Shown here in pieces: positions 59,088-64,000 of a stretch of 64,000 nucleotides of DNA (position 1 is the stretch's first letter; each line of letters begins with the position of its first letter). Position numbers and translations under genes: made by a program. The DNA is from a bacterium. Its GTDB lineage: Bacteria; UBA8248. The stretch covers positions 288,001-352,000 of the forward strand of contig CBDBEV010000001.1 of assembly GCA_965204535.1 (NCBI GenBank). Reading direction: 5' to 3'. The notes beneath the pieces are model-generated. The model was given only the letters and a program-made list of their open reading frames with translations, was not told the origin of the DNA and searched no databases.

Positions 59088-60263
59088 GTGAAGATGACGC
59101 AGCCCAAAATCAAAACGCTGTCGAACCGCGCGGTCGGGAAGCTCGCGGTGGAGAAGGACACCGTCTTCTGGGACCGGGAGCTCACGGGTTTCGGCGTGAG
59201 GGTCTATCCCACCGGGAGCAAGGTCTACGTCGCCCAGGCGCGGGGGCCGGAAGGGCCCAAACGCGTGGCCGTGGGCCGCCACGGCGTGATCAACGCCGAT
59301 GAGGCCAGGAAGCGCGCCGCCCACATCATCGCGAGGGTCAAGGCGGGCGAGGAGGCGGTGCCCGAACCGATGAAGCCGGCGGGAGGCCCCACGGTGGCCG
59401 AACTTTGCGCGCGCTACCTCTCCGAATACGTCTCGGTGCGGTGCAAGCCGGGCACCGCCGCGCTCTATCGCTCGGTGATCGACCGCCACGTCCTGCCCGC
59501 CCTGGGCAAGCTGCCGATCGCTGCGCTCTCGCGCGCGCAGGTGGCGGAATTCCACGAGAGCCTCTACGAGACGCCCGCGGTGGCGAACACGGCGCTCCGC
59601 ATCCTCTCCTCGATGTACCGCCTGGCCGCGGGCTGGGGAATGGTCCCCGAGGGATTATCAAACCCCTGCAAGGCCCTGGTGAAATACCCCGAGCGCAGGC
59701 GCGAGCGGTTCCTGACGGATTCGGAGTTCACCCGCCTGGGAGAAGCGCTCGAGGAGGCGGAGGCCCGGAGCGGCGCCTCCGCGTCCACTGTGGCGGCGAT
59801 ACGCCTTCTCGCGCTTACCGGGTGCCGCAGGAGCGAGGTGCTCGGGCTGCGCCGCGAGGACGTGGCGCTCGAAGCGGCCGAGCTCAGGCTGCCCGATTCC
59901 AAGACGGGCGCGCGGGCGGTCCCGCTCCCGCCCCAGGCGGTCGAACTCCTCTCGGGTCTCCTCGGCGCCCACGACGGCCCCTGGGTCATACCGGGCAGGA
60001 AGCCCGGGACGCCCTTGAGGAACATCGACGAGGCCTGGCGAACGATAAGGGAGCGCGCGGGTCTCGAAGGCGTGCGCCTCCATGACCTGCGCCACTCCTG
60101 GGCCTCGCGGGCGCTTGCGCTCGGCGAGGCGCTCCCCGTGATCGGGAAGCTCCTGGGCCACAGCAAGATGGAGACGACGGCACGCTACGCGCACCTCGCG
60201 CGCGACTCGGCGCAGGAGGCGGCCGAGCGGGTCGCCGAGAGCATCGCCGAAGACATGCTGTAG
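59088..60263 (+). CDS. Tyrosine recombinase/integrase (second of a tandem pair)
   Basis: TGCR, DSKTG, HDLRH, LLGH, TARY; body closely similar to 23436-24605. Confidence 0.95.
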   Translation: MKMTQPKIKTLSNRAVGKLAVEKDTVFWDRELTGFGVRVYPTGSKVYVAQARGPEGPKRVAVGRHGVINADEARKRAAHIIARVKAGEEAVPEPMKPAGGPTVAELCARYLSEYVSVRCKPGTAALYRSVIDRHVLPALGKLPIAALSRAQVAEFHESLYETPAVANTALRILSSMYRLAAGWGMVPEGLSNPCKALVKYPERRRERFLTDSEFTRLGEALEEAEARSGASASTVAAIRLLALTGCRRSEVLGLRREDVALEAAELRLPDSKTGARAVPLPPQAVELLSGLLGAHDGPWVIPGRKPGTPLRNIDEAWRTIRERAGLEGVRLHDLRHSWASRALALGEALPVIGKLLGHSKMETTARYAHLARDSAQEAAERVAESIAEDML

Positions 60264-60489
60264 GGTCACAGCAGGCGCGCGCCGGCCAAGTGTTTGCCCG
60301 CGCCCGGAGCCGGTGATAAATTTGGGAGTGCCTGAAACTATTTCGTTTCCATAATATTTGACAAATATTTCAAAAAATATTTATTCTCATCCTGCGAAAC
60401 CTTCCTGGAAAAAATCAAGCAACAGACTACCCAGGCCACAACCGCCCATGTGTCCAAAAATCTTTTTGGGGTTTAATAAGGAATTGGCA

Positions 60490-60939
60490 ATGAAAAAAGT
60501 AATGAGCTTGATCCTTTCTGCATTCCTGACATTCGGTTGTGTTCCTTCCCCCGATGGTATTTCGGCTGCTTATGTATCTCCCTTGCAATACCGGTCCTTA
60601 AAATGTTCTCAACTACTTGAAGAATATAGAAGAGTAAACTACAGGGCCATTGAGGTAACAAAATTCCAAAGGGCCGAATCAGAACAAAGTACTGGTGCAA
60701 TGGCAGTCGGCTTGATTCTGTTTTGGCCGGCGCTTTTCTTTGTTAGTGGAACGGACAGGTCTCCGGAATTGGCGAGGTTACGGGGAGAGGTTGAAGCAAT
60801 AGAAAAAACCGCTATCAGGAAAGAGTGTTACGAACTTACCGAAACGATTAGAGAAGAACGTTCACGCGCAAAAGTGGAAGCGGAACAAGCCGCAAAGAAA
60901 CAAAAACAACAGGAAGAAAAAGAGAAGGAATTGCCATAG
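60490..60939 (+). CDS. Hypothetical lipoprotein
   Basis: MKK + hydrophobic + TFGC lipobox-like; YVSP..Y..L.C.QL, GLILFWP; AT-rich. Confidence 0.75.
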   Translation: MKKVMSLILSAFLTFGCVPSPDGISAAYVSPLQYRSLKCSQLLEEYRRVNYRAIEVTKFQRAESEQSTGAMAVGLILFWPALFFVSGTDRSPELARLRGEVEAIEKTAIRKECYELTETIREERSRAKVEAEQAAKKQKQQEEKEKELP

Positions 60940-61089
60940 TAAAATCGATTGATTTAATTATATAGAAAAACCTTGAAATAAAGTTTCGGCACTATTGTAT
61001 ATAATTCCCATAAATTTCATTCTATTCAACAGGTTATCCGAATCGTTCATCTCAGGTTTTTCACCCGGACGGGGTGCGGGAGGAGTCCT

Positions 61090-61383
61090 TTGCGGAAGAT
61101 CGACATCATCAGCCTCGTGTCCGACGATACGGGCCTCGGCAAGATCAAGGCCGAAGAGGCCGTCGATGCCATCATCGACGCCGTCAGGGAATCCCTCGCG
61201 AGGGGCGAGTCCGTCACCTTGAGGCGCTTCGGCTCCTTCAGTGTGAGGGAGAAGAACGCCCGGATGGGGCGCAACCCGAAGACGGGCCTGGAAGCGCCCA
61301 TCAGCGCCCGCAGGGTCGTGAGGTTCAAGGCGGGACAAAACTTCAAGGATGCGGTGAACGGGGCCGGGGTGAATTTCCATTGA
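61090..61383 (+). CDS. HU/IHF-family DNA-binding protein
   Basis: GESV.L..FGSF.V..K.AR.GRNPKTG...I.ARRVV.FK.G; TTG start with AGGAG RBS. Confidence 0.93.
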   Translation: MRKIDIISLVSDDTGLGKIKAEEAVDAIIDAVRESLARGESVTLRRFGSFSVREKNARMGRNPKTGLEAPISARRVVRFKAGQNFKDAVNGAGVNFH

Positions 61384-61592
61384 TTGGCCGGTTCCGGGGT
61401 CGAGAAGGACCGGGCCGGCAACGTCCGCATCGGCGCAAGGCCCCGCGCCGCAAGACGGCGGGAAAAACCAGGACACGGCCTTCGTGACGACCGGTGGATT
61501 CGCGGGCGGAACCCGGAGAGGACCGTTCCGCCTGAGCCCGAGCAGCGGCGAAGCCGCGTATCGAAGGAGCCTGTCCCGGGCCCCATCCTTCG

Positions 61593-62225
61593 TTACGGCG
61601 CTGACGGGTTTGTTGAAGAACGCTTTTCCGAATCCCGGGCAGGCGAAGGCAAAAGAGCTTCGGCCTGCCCCACGACGGATTCCGGAAAGCTCTCATCGGG
61701 AGAAACGCACGCCAGCACCCTGAGGCCGAGAAGCAGACCGAGCAGAGACTTCGCCGTCTGCTCCGGATCGACTTCGGGGGAAATCTCCCCGCAAGCCTGG
61801 CCCCGCTCGATGGAAGCGCAAAAGAACTCCGCCACGCCGGCGAAGGCGTCGGCAACCAGGGAAGCCACCTCCTCATCGTGCGCCCCGAGCTCTAGGGCGG
61901 CATTGACTTCGAGACAGCCCTCTCGCGAACCACCTCCCGGCGCGGCGGAGGCGGCAGCGCCGAAAACGGCCAGCACCGCCCCGCGCGGCGAGTCGCCCTT
62001 TTCGAGTTCCGCGATCGGCTCCGCGCGATGAATGCGGCCATAATGGCGGAGCGCCCGGAAGAACATCTCACGCTTGTCGCCGAACGCGTGGTACAAACTG
62101 CCTCGAAAGAGACCCGTCGCCTCCTCGAGATCCCGAATCGTCGTCGCCGAATAGCCGTGACGCCGGAACTGGCTCATGATTTTCGTCAGAACCTCGTCCA
62201 TCCCGTACTTCGGCATTTTCCCCAC
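61593..62225 (-). CDS. TetR/AcrR-family transcriptional regulator
   Basis: F...GYSATTIRDL..ATGL.RGSLYHAFGDK..F; GCL.VN.ALE. Confidence 0.9.
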   Translation of the reverse strand: MGKMPKYGMDEVLTKIMSQFRRHGYSATTIRDLEEATGLFRGSLYHAFGDKREMFFRALRHYGRIHRAEPIAELEKGDSPRGAVLAVFGAAASAAPGGGSREGCLEVNAALELGAHDEEVASLVADAFAGVAEFFCASIERGQACGEISPEVDPEQTAKSLLGLLLGLRVLACVSPDESFPESVVGQAEALLPSPARDSEKRSSTNPSAP

Positions 62226-62441
62226 GGGTCCTCTCCTCGTCCGCCCGGTGAAGCATGGAATTCATCATGGCGGTCAGGCGGTTCCAGTCATCACCACGAG
62301 TCGAAACTTATCACACGGAAATTCCGCTTTCACGAAGAATTGCACCCCATCGGCGCTGTTGCCCCCCTGTCCCCCCCTTTTTCAGGGGGGGATGCTTTTC
62401 CAGTCGGGAAGGGCGCCGAGCGCCACTCCCGGGGAATCGGC

Positions 62442-64000
62442 CTATAGCTCCAACCCCCGATCCGATCGGGTCTTCTCCATCGCCGGCGCCCGCCTCTCCA
62501 TTGCCTGGGTCGCCTCGTTCGACTTCTCCGCCCCGATGCTCTCCGCCTTGCCCGCTCCTATCGCCTCGAGCGCCGCGACCCGCTCCCCCGTCGCGGCTTC
62601 GAGCCGCTCGCGCAGCGCTCTTGCGTCGTCGGTCACGAGTTCCGCCCGGTCCCGGGCGCGGCTGATCTCGACGTATAGCGTCTTCTGGTTGGTGAGCTCG
62701 GGGTGGTTCGCCTCCATCGCGGCGATGACGGTGTCGACCGTCCGGCCCTGGAAGGCGTGGACGGTCGAGGCCCATGCGCGGTCGATATGGCGCAGCTGCG
62801 GAACGCCGGCGGTCATGCCGATCGTGCGCCCGTCCTCGACCCGGAAGGTGACGCGGCCGTTCCTGACGCTCGTCACCTCGGCGGCCTGGCTGTTGACCAG
62901 GCCGAGTTCCTTGTCGTTCCGGGTCCAGCGGACCTTGTCGCCGATGCGCAGTTCCATCCGCTCGACGCGGTATACCTCTACACCGCCGCTTCGCGCCGCG
63001 AGGCGGCGGGGCTCCCAGCGGACTTGCCCTCCGTCCTTCCCTTGCAGGATGACCGCACGGCCTTCATGGTCGACGCCCGTCACGCGAAGCTCGTCCCCCT
63101 TCTCGACGCCGAGGCGCTTGTAGGGGCGGTGGAAGGCGACGACGTCGCCGGGTGAATAGTTCGCGGCGAGCGATTTCTCGGGGTTCGTGTAGCCGCGCGA
63201 GACGAGGCGATTCGTGAGGAAGGCCGGGCCGCAGACGACCCCCTCCCTGACCAGGCGCTCTCTGACGATGGCGTTGATCTTCTCGCGAATCTTATGGCTC
63301 GGCGCCATGAGGCCCGCGTTTGCGCGCGCCTCGGGCGATAACGCCAGCCAGCGCGCGGCGGCGGCGCCCGCGAGATTGTCCGGTTTGACCTCGGCCACGT
63401 TCGAGCCCAGCTTCTCGAAGGCGCTTTTCACGTCGCCCGCGAGCGTGGACTCGACGGCGGCCTTCAGGTCCTGGTCGCGCTGGCGCATGATCTCTTCCAT
63501 CACGGCCGTCTTCATGCCCGCGGCCTGCAGCTGCGCGAAGGGTTTCCCGGCGTCGACGGCGTCCAGCTGTTTCGCGTCGCCCACGAGAACGACCCGCGGC
63601 AGGCGCAGGACCTCCGAGATGCGGAGCAGTTCGCGCATCTCGCGCGTGGAAGCCAGGGAACCCTCGTCCACGACGAGGGCGGTCTTCGCGTAGCCCGCGC
63701 GCAAGTGTTTTTGGGCGCTTCTCTTGAGGCGGCCCTGTGCGACGTCCGCGTATCGCGTGAGGAAGCGCTGGAGCGTCTCGCTCTCGATCCCGGCCTCCGC
63801 TTCCAGGGTCCGCGCGGCCGAGGCCGAGGGCGCCAGGCCCCGGACCTCGTAGCCGCGTTTCTCGAAGAGCGCGCGGGCGCGCTTCAGCATCTTCGTCTTG
63901 CCTGTCCCGGCATAGCCCTGCACCCCCACCACGCGGTCCTTTTCCGAGAGGATCAGCTTGACCGCCTCCCTTTGGCCATGCGTCAGCGGTCCCTTGCGCA
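62442..64000 (-). CDS. TraI/TrwC-like conjugative relaxase-helicase, C-terminal part (5' end outside window)
   Basis: VGVQGYAGTGKT, VDEGSL, LVGD.KQL.AV.AG.PF, I.RQ, GD.VRWTRND, WASTVH.FQG.T, YV.ISRAR. Confidence 0.9.
   Translation of the reverse strand, partial: RKGPLTHGQREAVKLILSEKDRVVGVQGYAGTGKTKMLKRARALFEKRGYEVRGLAPSASAARTLEAEAGIESETLQRFLTRYADVAQGRLKRSAQKHLRAGYAKTALVVDEGSLASTREMRELLRISEVLRLPRVVLVGDAKQLDAVDAGKPFAQLQAAGMKTAVMEEIMRQRDQDLKAAVESTLAGDVKSAFEKLGSNVAEVKPDNLAGAAAARWLALSPEARANAGLMAPSHKIREKINAIVRERLVREGVVCGPAFLTNRLVSRGYTNPEKSLAANYSPGDVVAFHRPYKRLGVEKGDELRVTGVDHEGRAVILQGKDGGQVRWEPRRLAARSGGVEVYRVERMELRIGDKVRWTRNDKELGLVNSQAAEVTSVRNGRVTFRVEDGRTIGMTAGVPQLRHIDRAWASTVHAFQGRTVDTVIAAMEANHPELTNQKTLYVEISRARDRAELVTDDARALRERLEAATGERVAALEAIGAGKAESIGAEKSNEATQAMERRAPAMEKTRSDRGLEL

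Overview
Bacterial (diderm) genomic window with two parts. Bases 1-23.1 kb look like backbone: lpdA, a small toxin-antitoxin/defence islet, class II ribonucleotide reductase nrdJ with NrdR and DnaA boxes, tandem structured repeats, tRNA-Ala(CGC), a minus-strand run (RND pump, Zn-ADH, queF, Mo-hydroxylase large subunit, an AhpD-like selenoprotein that the ORF track splits at a UGA), and three small enzymes. Bases 23.2-64 kb are a GC-rich mosaic of integrative elements: three paralogous tyrosine integrases, a tRNA 3'-end att remnant, IS1182, IS256 and IS110 scars, HU, TetR and a truncated TraI/TrwC-like relaxase-helicase. Its cargo is mostly surface or secreted proteins (subtilase with barrel, inverse autotransporter-hydrolase, TbpB-like lipoprotein, MipA, a 1967-aa FN3/cadherin-like/Calx-beta autotransporter between REP-like clusters) plus a DddK/DddW-like cupin. 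The best candidate for an undescribed system is at 36.2-47.9 kb. Four paralogous small Cys-rich secreted proteins, three starting with Gly after an SPI-type site, flank a TolC, PAS-fused adaptor, ABC ATPase and MacB permease, followed by an Lnt-family acyltransferase. This parallels the Aat glycine-acylation/secretion system but with a different, possibly cyanovirin-like, substrate family. A marine host-associated origin (e.g. sponge symbiont) is only an inference from the cargo. All family calls are by eye from motifs; no database search was run.
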